From: Camelus dromedarius | Taxonomy: Eukaryota | Assembly: GCF_036321535.1 (NCBI RefSeq) | Contig: NC_087436.1 | Location: forward strand, 122,328,001 to 122,392,000 | Reading direction: 5' to 3' | Length of the DNA stretch: 64,000 nucleotides | Shown here: in pieces, positions 35,279 through 50,090 of the stretch | How the letters are laid out: the number at the start of each line of letters is the position of its first letter | Position numbering within the stretch: position 1 is the first letter of the stretch | Translations under genes and position numbers: made by a program | The notes under the pieces: generated by a model | Databases searched by the model: none | Told to the model about the DNA's origin: nothing | Seen by the model: the letters and a program-made list of their open reading frames with translations, nothing else

Positions 35279-37229
35279 TAGGGCTCTGCTTCTGCTTTGA
35301 TCTGTTGTTTGGGATCTGCGGTCTCACTACTGTCATCAGCCCAGAAACTGCCTACTCACCACTCCTGGGCTTGGAGCTTCTGGTTCGAAATTTGGTGCCA
35401 GTGTGTTCTGTCATCCACAGCTTGTAAAAAAGATTCCCTGTTTCTCCAGGAACTCAGACCTTCTGGGTGTCTTGTCATGAAATGACTGACGGTTACTTGT
35501 AGGCCTGTCTGTCCTCTTCCCTTCTTCTTCTGATTATTCTTGGCGAGTCCCCAGGGGTCAGAGGGCAGCTTCAAGTTCTCAGTGCCCTAGGACCCCCACC
35601 CCACCCCCAACAAAGGAATGACACAGCAATGTCCCTTCCCTCAGAGTGCATTACCAGAGGACCCCTTATAAAATGGGGACTTTATTTTAACACATCTTGG
35701 GAATTAGCTGTTACTTGTGAGTGTAGCTGGCTCCGAGAAGTTGGGTATAAAATACTGTTCTCAAGAACCTCGTGGAGGAATAGGTCATTTTTGTTTAATT
35801 GGCTGAAGTTTTCCAAGGGATGCTCTTTGAGAAGGGAGTAGAGTGATAATTTGAAGAAGGAAGTGTTGTAGTAGACTTCCAGAATCATCCTGTGAGGGTT
35901 CGTTGCACACTGATCACACGCTGTGGTTTAGATAATTATAAGTTCGTGATTCCCTTCTGCTCCTGCCCCACTCCCCCCCCCCCCCGTCCTGCTGTGAAGT
36001 TACGTGTTTTTACTGCTTCATTGAAGATGACGAGACTTTAAGGAAAAACTGTAGGAGCAGATGAGTAAGCCCCGGGCAGGGTCCCCGTGTGGGTGCAGGG
36101 TTGGCTGTGCGGCCAGTCCTTGTTGTCAGTGTGAAGAGGGGTGTTCTGGAGCTTGCTGTTTTTCCCTTGGTTTAAGGCCTTGTAGGTAATTTGAATTTGA
36201 ACAAAATGTTGGCAGTCCTGGTAATCATAGAAACATGACTTTGCAAATGATAGTTGCACAAAGGCAAAGAAGAATCTCATAAGAAATTATAAAATAAGCA
36301 AGTAAGATTAACGTAAGTACTGTTTAAGTCGAAGATCCATTTGAAACGTGGAGTTAAGTTTCTCCTGGCGGCTGCCAGGACATCTGGATTGCTGTGGAAC
36401 AGCAGCGTTGGGGGGTAGTTTTCTGTTTGGACTTGGGACCCCTTGGACCTGCAGGGCTCAGTGGGGACTGTTTCTGTCCCCCTGACGCTCACCCTGGACA
36501 CAGGAGAGACCCAGCTTACCCACAGGAATGCTTTAAAGAGACAGAGTGCCTGAAGTCCCCAGGAGAGATTGTCCCGTAGTGGCTTTAGATCTTGCCTGAG
36601 TTAGCTGAGCTTCATTCAGACCCGCAGGGCTCCTGGTTTTCTGGCTGGGACAATATGTGGCTGACACTGTGACGTGTGGCCATGTTGGTGGGCCCCTGGT
36701 GGCCTGGGGGTGTCGAGGTCTGGGGAGCTTGTTCTCTGCGTGAGGTGTGCTTGTGGCTCCTGCTGCGGAGCTGTAGCTGCTGTGTGAAGTGGAGCCCGTT
36801 GGAGGGCTGCCACCCTCCCCACGTCAGTGACTCTTAGGATGTGTGAATTGCTAGTCCACCCTCTTACGCTGAGTGCACTGCTGCAAGTGACCCCGTGGTT
36901 CCTTTGATTGTCATAGATGGAGCTGCTGTGTTGTGACTTAGTTTGAACCTTCTGCTCCCTTTCAGTTCAGGGACCGGGCCTCGCAGCAGTGACACCCCAG
37001 GAGCGATGAGCACCCCTGGCCCCCAGGCCTTGGCTTCTGACCGCCCCCATGAAGAGGAACCAGGGCTCTTAGACATAGCTGATCAAGGGTTGGGACTGCA
37101 GTGTCACTAGAATAACCTGTGTCAGAAAATAAACAAGGGGGCACTCCGGGGGAGGGGCAGCGGGGAGGAAAAGGGGGCTTTTCCATTTCTCTCCACAGCA
37201 GTGTGTGGTTTCATAGTTTTCACGTTGTT

Positions 37230-37690
37230 AGCTGTGGTAAAATGCACGATCTAAAATTTGCTCTTTTTAACTCTTCTGAAGTATACAGCTCCGTGGTGTT
37301 ACGTACACTCACACCACGGTACAGTGAGCACCACCATCCGTCTCCAGAACTCTTCATCTCCTTTCATCTTGCTGAGCTGAAAGTGCACCCCATTGAATAA
37401 CAACTCCCCGTCCCTTTCCCCAGCCCCTGCACCCACTCTTCTGCTTTCTGTCTCTTCATCTGAAGACTCCAGGGACCGTGTATGAGTGGAATCACAGGGC
37501 ATTTGACCTTTTGTGACGGGCTTATTTCACTGAGCACCATGTCCTCAAGGTTCATCCATGTAGTAGGTATCAGAATTCCCTTCCTCTTTAGGGCTGAATA
37601 ATATTCCATTATGTGGATGGACCACGTTTTGTTTATCCATTCATCCGCCAGTGCATACTTGGGTTGCTTCCACCTTTTGTCTGTTGTAGG
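37230..37690 (-). mobile_element. Old L1 (L1MB-like) 3' end
   Basis: ORF 37364-37609(-) MEYYSALKRKGILIPTTWMNLEDMVLSEIS is the L1 ORF2-end/3'UTR signature. Confidence 0.8.
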
Positions 37691-37913
37691 TAAATGGAAT
37701 TTTTAAAAATCTCAGTTTCTACTTGTTCATTGCTAGTATACAGAACTACCGTTGATTTTTATATATTGATCATATATTTTGAGACTCACCAAACTCAGTT
37801 ATTAGTTGTAGTATCTTTTTTTTTTAAATAAATTCATCAGACTTTTTTTTTTATCAGGAACAGGTTTTGGATTTTTTCATATGCTTTTTCTGCATCTATT
37901 TATTTTATTTTTT

Positions 37914-38430
37914 AAAATAGACTTTATTTTTTTAGAACAGTTTCAGGTTTACAGAATTGAGCAGAAAATACAGAGTTCCCACATAGCACTCCCCATCCAC
38001 ACATATGTACCCCCCTACCCTCAACACCCCTTATCAGTGTGGCATATTTGGTACAATTCATGAACCAACATGGGCACATTATTATCAGCCAAAGTCCACA
38101 GTTTACATGAGGGTTCACTCTTGATGTTGTACATTCTGTGGGTTTTGACAAATGCATGATGACATGTAGCCACCACTGTAGTATCATACAGAATAACTTC
38201 ATTGCCCTAAAAATCCCCTGTGCCCTATCTGCTCATCCCTCCCTCCCTCCCCGCCCCAAACCCTTGGAAACCACGATCTTTTTATGGTTTCTGTAGCTGT
38301 GCGTTTTCCAGAATGTCCTTTGGTTGGAATTGTACAGTTTGTAGCCTTTTCAGACTGGCTTCTTTCATTTAGTAATGTCTTTTAAGTTTCTTCCATGTCG
38401 TTCATGGCTTGATAGATCATTTTTTTAATG
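37914..38430 (-). mobile_element. L1MC-like 3'UTR fragment
   Basis: agactttatttttagaacagtttcaggtttacagaa...caaagtccacagtttacatgagggttcactcttgatgttgtacattctgtgggttttgacaaatg. Confidence 0.75.
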
Positions 38431-38509
38431 CACATATAGTTTTTAATTTACTTGTATGTACTGCTCATTGTTTCTAAGAATGTTTACAGCTTTAGCTTTT
38501 AAACTTACA

Positions 38510-39060
38510 TAGTTATCAAAGGAATAAAGCCAACCACAAAATAAGAATTAATTCAAAAAGATACATACACCCTGCTATTAACAGCAACATTATTTATGAT
38601 TGCCAAGATACGGAAGCGCCCCAAGTGCACATCAATAGTGGAATAGATAATGAAGGTGCAGCATATATACACGTAATGGAACACAACTCACCCATAAGAA
38701 GGGAGGGTATTTTGCCATTTGTGGCCCTTCACTTTTTTTTTTCACCTCAAAAACCAGAATTTTGTAACCAGCACAAACATGTCCATTACATCAAAAACAA
38801 CAAAATATCTAGAAATAAACTTAGCCAAGGAGGTTACCTACACTCTGAAAACCGAAATGACACAAAGAAACGGAAAGATTTCTTGTGCTCTTGGACTGGA
38901 GGAATCAACGCTATTAAAATGGCCACACTACCCAAAGCAACCCAAGATCCATTGCAACCCCCGTCAAAATACTCGTGACATTCCTCACAGAACTACAGCA
39001 GACAATTCCAAAGTTTATAAGGAACCACAAAAGACCCCGAACAGCTAAAGCAATCTTTTG
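38510..39060 (+). mobile_element. Two plus-strand L1 fragments (3'-end piece ~38510-38722; ORF2 piece ~38780-39060)
   Basis: attcaaaaagatacatacaccc...ttgccaagatacggaagc; KYLEINLAKEV and CSWTGGINAIKMATLPKA in the ORF track. Confidence 0.75.
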
Positions 39061-39066
39061 TGGGTC

Positions 39067-40938
39067 TTTTTTTTTTTTTTCCCACTTTCTTCTTTTTGTT
39101 CTCTTTTCTTATGGTTTGATGACTAGAGAAGGTCCTCTAACATTTGTTGCAAAGCTGGCTTGGTGGTGCTGAAATCTTCTAGCTTTCGTTTATCTGTGAA
39201 GCTTTTGATTTCTCCGTCAAGTCTGAACAAGAGCCTTGCTGGATAGAGTGTTCTTGATTGTAGATTTTCCCCTTTCATCACTTTAAATAAATTTTGCCAC
39301 TCCCTTCTGGCCTCTAGAGTTTCTGCTGAAAAATCAGCTGATAACCTTATGGGAGTTCCCTTGTATGTTATTTGTTGCTTTTGTCTTGCTAATTTTAATA
39401 TTTTCTCCTTATCCTTAACTTTTGTCCATTTGATGACTGTGTGCCTTCATGTGTTCCTCTTTGGGCTGATCCTGTGTGGAACTCTGTGCTTCCAGGGCTT
39501 GGATGACTGTTTCCTTTCCCAAATTGGGAGTTTTCGGTTATTACCTCTTCAAAAATTTCCTCAGGTCCTTTCTCCCTCCTTCTCTTCCTGGGACCCTGTA
39601 ATGCGAATATTAGTGCACTTCATGTTGTCCCAGAGTGCTCTTAAACGATCCTCATTCCTTTCATTCTTCTTTCTTTTTTCTGTTCTGCAGTAGTGATTCC
39701 CACTAATCTGTCTTCTAGCTCACTGATCCCTTCTTCTGCCCCATTTAGTCTGTTCTTGGTTCCTTCTGGTGTATTGTTTATTTCAGCGATTTTATTCTTC
39801 AACTCTGTTTGGGTATTCTTTATATTTTCCAACTCTGCTAAAAACTTCACTCTGTGCTTCTGTACTCCTCTTGAGTTCTCTGAACATCTTCACCATCATT
39901 ACTTTAAACTCTTTCTCAGATAAATTGCCTGTCTCCCCATCACTTATTTCTTCTTCTGGGATTTTATCTTGTGCCTTGGCCTGGGAGATACTCCTTGGCT
40001 GCCTCCTATTGTCTGTCTTTCTGTGTGTTTGTGGATTCCTTCCACAGGCTTTGGGCTTGTTGTTTTCTTATTTCTAGTATCTGCTCCCTGGTGGATGAGG
40101 CTGGACTAGGGCCTAATGCAGGTTTCCTGGCAGGAGGAGCCGGGGCCTGCCCACTGCTGGGTGGAGCTTGGTCCTGGACCTCTGGTGGGTAGGGCCGTGT
40201 CTAGAGGCTCAGGGGGTCTGCTGCTGGGTGGGGCTGTGCTCCCACCCAGTGTGCTGTTTGGTCTGAGGCTTCCCCACAGGCTGTTGGGTGGCGCTTGGTC
40301 TTGGTGCTAATGATCCAGTCGAAATGTCAGCCTCCAGGAAAGCTCATGCAGATGAACATCCCTGAATGTCTGCCACCAGCTTCTATGTCCCCTGAGTGAG
40401 CTGCAGCCGTCCATCCCTACAACCCCAGGAGACCCTCCAAAACCAGCAAGCAGGCCTGTCCCAGGTTCCTGTGAAATCGCTGCCTCTGCCCTTGGACCTG
40501 GCGCACGTGAGGTTCTGTGTATGCTTCCCAAGAGAATGAAGTCACTGTTTCCCCAGTCCCGTGGGGCTCTCGGAGCCAAGCCCCGCTGGCCTTCATAACC
40601 ACATGTCCTGGGGGCTCCTCCTCCCAGTGCTGTAACCCGGGCTAAGGAGCCTGAGATGGGGCTCAGAGCTCTCACTCCTGTGGGGAGGCCTCTGCGACTT
40701 AACTCTTCTTCAGCTATGGGTCGCCCACCCGGGGGTATGGGCCTGATTATATCACGAGCACGCCCCTCCTGCCGTCCTGCTGTGGTCCCCTCTTTGTGTT
40801 TCCAGTTGAAGACGATCTTCTTTACTAGGTTCCAGTCTTTTCTCGATGGTTGTCTAGCAGTCAGTTGTGGTTTTGTTGTAGTCACGAGGCAGGGTGAGCT
40901 TGTGGTCCTACCACTCTGCCATCTTGACCGGAACTGTA
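39067..40938 (-). mobile_element. ORF1-only L1-derived element (HAL1-like): 5'UTR, disrupted ORF1, short tail, poly(A)
   Basis: 5' end gttccggtcAAGATGGCagag with YY1 site (40918-40925). ORF1 coiled coil ELENIKNTQTELKNKIAEINN...ISELEDR (39641-39850). ORF1 C-terminus FSTTKPALQQMLEDLL* with stop at 39123-39125. A14 at 39067-39080. No ORF2 in this orientation. Confidence 0.78.
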
Positions 40939-40959
40939 TCTGCATCTATTTATTTTAAA

Positions 40960-41125
40960 AATGCTTTTAATGGAGCATAGTTGATTTACAGTGTTGTGTT
41001 AGTGCCAGGTGTACAGCACAGTGATTCAGTTATTTTTTCTCAGATGATTTCCATTATAGGTTAGGTTACGACAAGATGCTGGATAGAGTCTCTGTGCTTT
41101 ACAGTAAATCCTTGATGCTTATCTT
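40960..41125 (-). mobile_element. Short cetartiodactyl-type L1 3' end
   Basis: atagttgatttacagtgttgtgttagt...caggtgtacagcacagtgattcagttat...ttccattataggtta. Confidence 0.7.
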
Positions 41126-42832
41126 CTCAGAGTCTGTTTAGGTGATCATATGGTTTTCCTTTTTTTTAGTTTTATCAACTAAATGGTTTAATTGTCAAAT
41201 CAAATGAAAAGCAAGACTCCACTGTATGCATTCTACAGGAGACACACTTAAACGTAAAGACACGTAGATGAAAAGCAGAAGAATGGAGAAAGATGAGTGG
41301 TGCCAACGCTGGTCACGGCTGGTGTGGCCACGCTGGTATCAGACAGAGTGAACCTCAGAGCAGAGGTGACTGGGTGAGGAAGGTCGCTGCATGATGACGG
41401 AGGGTCAGGTTGTCGAGAGGGCACAACAGCCCTAAAGTCATGCACCGGATGACAGACGCCAGACACCACGGACGTGCTGTGTGGCTCCTTGGGTGGGAAA
41501 TGTCCAGAAAAAGCAAATCTATGGAAACAAATCAAATTACTCTTGGCCTTGGGCTAAGAGTGGAAATGGAGGCTCACAACAGATGGACACAGTGGGACTT
41601 TGTGTCATGACGAAAATGTTCTAAAACTGGATTTTGGGGATGGTTTCACAATCTATAAATTTACCAGAATTATTGAATTACACACTTACAGTGAGTGGAT
41701 GTTATGGTCTGTAAATTAAACCTTGATAGAACTGCTAAAAAAATTTAATGGAGGAATATCAAAAAACACAGGCACTAAATTGAAGGGCCTTTTCGTGGCC
41801 ACCTCTGGGACCATTTGAGCATAAAAATATAAAGAGTAATGAATTATAAACAAATGAAAAACATGGGAATCCTTGAGTCCATTTTGATAATAAATAGAAA
41901 AATGAATGTGCAAGAAAGTAAGGTTGGTAAATGGGGAGGCGGGCTTGAGTTAGGAAAGCACTGTTTTGTGACCTTTGGAGTAGGGGTGGGTGGGGAGGCA
42001 GAGGGACCGCCCTGATGAGCCATCCAGGGAGAGAGTGGGTGTTTCTTTGCATGGCCTCAGGCATCCCCTCGCGACTGCTTCTTTGTGACAAGTGGAGAAA
42101 CAAGCTGCACTGGAGAGGACACCTGAACAGGTGATCGCAGGGAGCATCGTCGAGGGGCAGGTGACTCCTGACCCCCGGGAGGGCAGCTGTCCTGTTAAGT
42201 GGTGCTCCAGCCCTAAGGGGCCCTTAGTGGAGATAATGTCACTCCTCCCAGGAGGGCTGCTGTCCACTGGGCAGCTCTGCATGGAAGGAGTGGTGCGCTG
42301 AGCAGGCACCAGTGGAGGACGGGCACCTGTCTGGGGACCCAGCCCTGACCGTCCACTGCTCTCAGGGATTTCGGATGGTTTCAAGTTGCACGTTTCTTTA
42401 ATGGCATCAGCAGTAGTTTGTTTATATCAAGGAAGCACTTGGACCTTTTCCTGATCATTGCTGTGGAGCATAGTCTTAAGCTAACCGACTGTCTCAGGAA
42501 CACGAGAATCCCCCGCCAGCACTCAACCCTCCTTTCCACAGAGCAGTTGGAGTGGGTGGCATGGCCTCGGCCTTCCCTGGTGGCCTTTGCTGCCGCCAGC
42601 AACAGCCAGTCCTCAACCAGTGTCCTCAGTCAACGCCAGAGGCAGCCAGCTGTTCCCATGAGCGGGACCCCCAGGGGGCATCTGGTCAGTGCCTCATGGG
42701 GCGGGGCGCTGGCCTTGTCCAGCCACAGGTGCAGTTCCACACACGAGTTAGTGACCACCCAGCTTTTCTGAAGGCCGTGGGCCTGTGGTCTGAATGCTCA
42801 GAAAAGGAAGGGCCGTCGGGGTTACCCACTGA

Positions 42833-43066
<234 letters not shown>

Positions 43067-43173
43067 TGATTGACACCTTAGATGTTAGATGTTTTTGAAT
43101 TTTATGTTTGCTTCATAGTTCAGTCTGCTGTGCTATGCTTATTTAATAGGTGCTGGTTTCAGATTTCTCTTTA

Positions 43174-43306
43174 GTTATTTTTAGGTTTTTTTTCTTTTGA
43201 GAGGGAGGTAGTTAGGTTTATTTATTTAATGGAGGTTCTGGAGATTGAACCCAGGACCTCATGCGTGCTAGGCACACACTCTACCACTGAGCTATACCCT
43301 CCCCCC
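43174..43306 (-). mobile_element. tRNA-derived SINE (camelid-type)
   Basis: Minus strand ggggagggtatagctcagtggtagagtgtgtgcctagcacgcatgaggtcctgggttcaatctccag plus A-rich tail. TSD tttctcttta (43164-43173 / 43308-43317). Confidence 0.88.
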
Positions 43307-43740
43307 GTTTCTCTTTAAATTTATTTAAATGAAGTTTTTTTAGATCAGTGTTCTTCGGGCCACCGGTTCAGACCCACTCGTGGGGGAGGAGATGGGTCGA
43401 GGGCTGGGGTGGCCCTGCCCATTTTGGTCAGTGAGGTCTTTGGGGATGTGCGTGCCCAGTCATGCATCTATTGCTGGTGGCCTTTGCATTTCACACCAGA
43501 TGCCCACGGGGCCTAAAAGCTTTACTGGCTGGCTCTTTATGGAGTTCGCTGGCCCCTCTCTAGGGGGTTGTACAATTTCCATAAATCATGAAATAGTTGA
43601 GAGTTTCAGAACACACAGCACGTGGGTGGAGTAAGGGCGTTCAGGAGAGGTCTGTGTGGGTAGCGCTGGGCGGAGACGTAAAATGCACTCCGTCCTGGAG
43701 TTCCATCCCAGCGGGGATGCAGCGGGGTGCCGGGCGCTAG

Positions 43741-43914
<174 letters not shown>

Positions 43915-44376
43915 TGATGCTTCGTCCCTGGGGTGCCAGCCCACTGGCCCCAAGTGCTGGTTGGAACCTCGGGGTGGGCCACTCTGCCTTGTCTGGGGAA
44001 CGCCCCGGCTTCCCTCTTTTTTACTGTACATGACCACGAGGGTGGCGCTCCTGGCAGGTGTTGGCTGGTGCTGCAGGGCTGTCACCTGGCCCTGCCTCCA
44101 CCCTGTGCAGAGGAGGTCAAGCCTACTGTCCTGAGAACATGAACCTCGTTGACATTCACAACTACTTGCCTGTGTCTCCAGACTTTGCAGCCCTGTGGGG
44201 GGCGTAGAGTTTGGCAAGAACCTAAGACCCCACAGTGGTGACAAGTCAGGGGGTTGGGTTGAGGGGAGGGGACAGACTGCTTGGGGTGGGGGGCAGAGGG
44301 CGCCCAGCTGGTTGGCGCTCTGGGGTTTGGGTCCCTGAGGGCCTCCCCCTGTAGGAGCTCGTGAGGGCAGAGCTGA

Positions 44377-44814
<438 letters not shown>

Positions 44815-47429
44815 TAATGACGGTCTGACTTTTCCTCATGTGGACGCGTCATAATTTATCAACCGTTACTTTAGCTCATCGTTGAGCTTCCCTGAACAAC
44901 ACTCTGATAATCCTTTAAACGTGGGTTTTTGCCCCGGATCTTTGATGAGTCCTATAAAAATGGTGACCTAGACTTGGGGTCCTGAGTCTAGGACAAGCCC
45001 TGGCCCGGAGCCAGGCTGCTCCGGAGCCGCACTGACTGCACGCCCGCCTGCCACGCGCCCGGCTGTGCTTGGCCCACGGGGCGCTCGGGCGACGGCGTTC
45101 GTTCTCTCTGTCTGTGGTGTCTGGTAGGACCCCGGTGGCTGGCCCGCTCTCTCCTGGGCCCCTCTCCGTCCCTCTTCTCACTCCCAGGCTCCCTGAGGCC
45201 TTGCACTTGCCGCGCGTGTTGCTGTCGGAACCCGCTCTGGCGGCCCTGCCCCTGAGCTGGAGGATTTAGTCCACGCGCTTTCCTGTTTGTCTCACCGAAT
45301 CTCCTTTCTTCCCTTGTTTTGGATTAATCAAGTGTTCATTATTCCATTTGCCCTCCGCTAACTTGTTATTTATCTACTTTTTTAGCACTTTCTCTGGAGT
45401 TTACAACCAGAGTCTAACGTGAGGGTGAGGGAGCCGGTGCTGGCGCCTCGGGGCGTCTCAGCCGCTCTCGGCCTCTGCCCCTCTGCGCTGTCGTGCGTTT
45501 TTGCCCGCGTCACCACACATTCCGACCCCGCTCCTCCTGCCTGCGTTTCCCCAGCCACTTCCTCTCTGTGAGAAGTCCCCCGGGCCCCATTTGTGTGGCC
45601 GTCTCTCTGCCTTCCCTCTGCAGGCACTGCTAGGGGCGCAGCTCCAGGCCTGCAGGTCTTGTCTTCCTGCCCGTGAAAGATGCCGTTGAGTGGACATCGC
45701 TGGTGGGCCTGTTCTCATTCCTTCGGCGATGTCCACCTTTTCTTGTTGGGATTTCAGCGTTTTTACAATAACGTGTCTGCGCATTATGTTTACTGGTTGT
45801 GGGGCTCCCGCCGCCTCATTGAAGGCTGCTCCCCGCCGCCCACGCAGTCGGCGTCCCCCTCCCTGCTCACGGCCCCGCCACAGGGGCCCTGTCTGTGCTT
45901 TGCACCCTTCCTTTTGCTTTTCTAACCCTCTCTTCTCTTGATCTGATTCCCTTAGACTCATCTTCTGAGGCCTTAGTTTCAGTCCTAGGAATTCTGATTT
46001 GGGGTCTCTCTTTTTAAGATTTCCATTTGCAGGTAGAACTGCCCATCTTGTCCTCCAGAAGCCAGTCATTGCTGCGTTCTGTAAGGACGGAGAAGCGCTG
46101 TGTCCCTCCAGCGGAGTGGAGGCTGGGGGGCTGACACAACGTGGGCAGCGCTTGCCGGGCGTCTCTCTCAGGAGAGGCAGCCTGAGGGCAGGGCAGGCTG
46201 CCTGGGCTGAGTCCCAGCCGCTCACTCACTTTGTGACCTTTAACAGGTCATCTGACCACTCAGTGCTACAGATTCCCGTGAGGTAGGGTGGCAGCCAGAC
46301 CTCTGCTGTTGAGACGGTGGAGGGGGCGTACTTCCCCTTGGACGTTAGGTAGAAACTATACATAAGAGAACTCCAAAAAGTGAAGAGAAGACCCCAGGAA
46401 TGACACTGGAGGCCTTCATGCCTCACAGATCCATCCCTGGGGCCTGCATGTCAGAATTGCCGACGAGGGCAGACTTGAAAAGCCCACCGTGTGGCCAGAG
46501 GACTGGAAAGGCACTGCCTAGCAGGACAGAAGACCAGGCAGTAACTGCCCTGCTCCAGCCAGACACCACAGGGAGCACAATCTCCCCAACCCCAGCACAC
46601 ACACACGCACACAGATACGTAGACACACACAGTGGTGGGTGGGGGCCGAGACCTCCACTCTTGTCAGGATATGACCACGGAGATGGTATCAGGGAGGGCC
46701 GAGGGGCGCTGGGTCATTCACCCCAGCACCCCCTGCCTCTGGGGTGTTCAGTAGAGACCAGCAGGGAGCCTGGACCGCCACCCCCACCTGCCAGTCGCAG
46801 CACTCTCTGCATTTCCTGCTGGAGTGGTGCCAGGAGGGGCCAGTGGCAAGTTTTCCCGGTTCTCCCAGCCAGGGAGGCATGCAGAGCCTAGCGAGGGGCC
46901 CAAACTCCACCCACCCCTCCCACCAGAGACGCAAGTACCCTCCCCGTCCCGGCCCCCGGGCTGGGGCTCAGTGGAGGCTGCATGGGAAACCTGGCAGAAC
47001 AGGGCAGAGTCCCACCTGTTCCCAAACCGCCTGGGGTGTAATTTATGGGTGTAACTGAGTGATGTGACCCAGAGCTCAGTGCCATCAGAAGGAACTGAGC
47101 TCACAGCACCCCTAAGAACGAGGCATGGCATCCATGCAGGGCCCTCCAAGACCTCAGCACCCTTGGGGACCAGGAAGTGGGAGGGAGGGAGGAAGTAGGA
47201 CTCAGCGTTATCACCGGTGTTCAGTGCTGAGTGCACCTGCGGAGCGGACTGGAGTGGGCGGGGGGAGCTGACTCAGATAGGAGGTGGAAGCGAGATCCAG
47301 GCTCCCGTGATGGGACACCCAGACGGCCAGTTTCCTGTTGAATACCCTCCTCACACTAAGAACGAGCAGGGCCCCAGAGTCGGTCAGCGGGGCCAGCGCC
47401 GAGACCGCAGAGAAGGTGTGTCATTTCAA

Positions 47430-47810
47430 CCCTTGGCTGCCTCCCAAATTCAGTAAAAGATGTAAATCCACAGATTCAAGACCCTGAGTGAACCTTGGGC
47501 AGGACACACCCAGAGAGATCCACACCAAGACAGACTGACAGACTCCAAGGACAGGAGCCATTTGAAAGCAGTGGGCGAGAACAGCGTCTCACCTGCAGGA
47601 GAGGCAGTTCAGTGATGGTGCGTTTTCTCATCAGAAACCTTGGAGGCCGAAATGAAGTGGAAAGTACTTTTCACGTGCTGAGGAAAAGAGAGCTGTCGGC
47701 TTAATCCTGTATCCAGCAAAAATAGAACAGTTTTTAAAAATTTAAAAACAGGAATAGGGGGACGTCAAGGTGTCCTGAGATGAAGGGAAGCTGAGACAAT
47801 GTGTCGCATG
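47430..47810 (+). mobile_element. Very old L1 ORF1 C-terminal fragment
   Basis: ttctcatcagaaaccttggaggcc...gtgctgaggaaaagagagctgtc...atccagcaaaaata. Boundaries approximate. Confidence 0.55.
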
Positions 47811-48969
47811 AGGGCCTCTGCACAAAAGGAGGAAGGTGACCCGCAGCAGACCTTCCATCCCCTCGCTGGTCTCCTGAGCAAGTGTAACGGTGGCCCTGAA
47901 CCACATAGCTTGGGCGGGGAGGGGGCGTTCAGATGGGACGCCAGTTGGGGGCGGGGGCTCCTCCGCTTCTCTCCGAGACGCTGTACGAGTGCCTGGGGCG
48001 CCTGGAGCAGCCACGGAAGTGCGTGTTGGGAGACGCGCTCAGGAGAGCGCGAGACGAGTCCCAGCGGGGCCCCCCACGCCACCGGGAGTGGGGAGGAGAA
48101 GATGGGCAAGAAGCGGCTTTTCCATTGCAGCCTGAACTGCCCAGGTGTCCTGCAGTGGGCAGGCGGTTATGCCCCACACAGTGCGCTCCTGCTGAAAAGG
48201 GATGGCTGCTTGATACACACAGCTCGCGTGCATCTTCAAGGAGCCCCTGAAGTTGTGTGCTCTGCGGTCCCATCCATGTAACACTCTTCAGAGCTAGACG
48301 TGAAGAGTAGATGGTGGTCCCCAGGGCTCAGAAGGGGTGACTGCGAGGGTGTCTGAGGTCCTCGTAGGGGTGGAGGTGTCACGTCCTGGTTGTGGTTTGA
48401 CTGCGTAGCATGTGAGATGTCACTGCTGTGCGGCTGCATGTCTGTCAGAACTGGAAGATGGCTGAGGGGGTCCCAGCGGCCGGAGGAGGGGGCACCATTG
48501 CTCTCTGCTCCTCTCTCCTCGTCAGTCCCTCACGGCCTCCCTGCAGCGCTGAGCTCCATGTCCTCTGTCTCTGGGACTCCTGTTTGCCTTCCCACTTGGG
48601 TCCCCGTGACCTCAGGCTGAGGAGGAGGGGAGGGTTGAGAGACGTCCTCGGAGTGACGGGACCACCCTGGTCCCCGTCCTCCTTGCCTGTCCTGCGAACA
48701 TGGAGGATGAAGGGCCCTTCCCTGTCTGTGGCATAGAGAGTGGTGCCTGGGCAGGGATGGTCCTGGCCATTGACCCCAGGGTCCCCACCCTCTGCAGAGG
48801 GGTCTGGTCACCACTGCACCGGACCTGGGGCCGTGGTGTCGTGGTTGATCTTGTGCTTGCGAAGCATGTTGGGAAAGTGGCACAGTTAGACACTTAGCTC
48901 CCAAGTGTGTTAACGTAAGGGCGCAGACCTACAATGACCCTTCAGGCGGTGATCAGCAACTTTCTTTGA

Positions 48970-49230
<261 letters not shown>

Positions 49231-49907
49231 TGAAGACTGGGTCACCCTCCTTTGAGATATCTGACGCTCTCAGAGCGTTTGGGGAACCGGGACCCAGGCC
49301 AGCCTGACCGCCTAAGCTCCTGCCGTCGGCAGCTCAGGTGGGAGCCGCAGGCCCTTCTCTGGTTACATTACCCTCTTAAGAGTTCCTTCTCATCTTTTGT
49401 CCTGCATCACAGTCTCCAAACATTGTCATGGTCTTTGTCAGTTTGAACAGAGTCTCCATGTCACTGAAATATCCTAAAACAGTGCCTGGCCCCTGGTAGT
49501 TGTGCATCTGAGTGAATTCACAAGTTCCTCCTTTGACGTCTCTGTGCCATTTTTAAGTGATGAACTTTGGGAACAGAACCTGGTCGTCTTGCTCAGTGTT
49601 TTCTGAGCCCTTGGCCTCACTGCTGGGGCATCTCCTGCCGGCTCAAGGGAGGGGGGCAGCAGGTCATTAAGTGCAGCCGTAAATAGGCCTTTCAGAGGCA
49701 GGGTGCCTTTTTCTTGGGAGAACTCGCTCCGATGACTCAGTAGATCTGTCTTCTCGGGTGCTGATGTGGTTGTTGCTGCCAGTCTCCTCCTCCCCGCCCC
49801 CACACAAGGCAGAGCAGAGAGGAGAGTTCTGGGCCAACCCCACACTTCCACCCTGGGTCCTGGGAGGTGTGGGCGAGCCAAGGCCGGCGGGTGAGTCTGG
49901 GGCCTGA

Positions 49908-50090
<183 letters not shown>

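Noticed and set aside
43236..43306. tRNA-like sequence on the minus strand
   Set aside because: Has an A-rich tail and TSD, so it is a SINE head rather than a tRNA gene.
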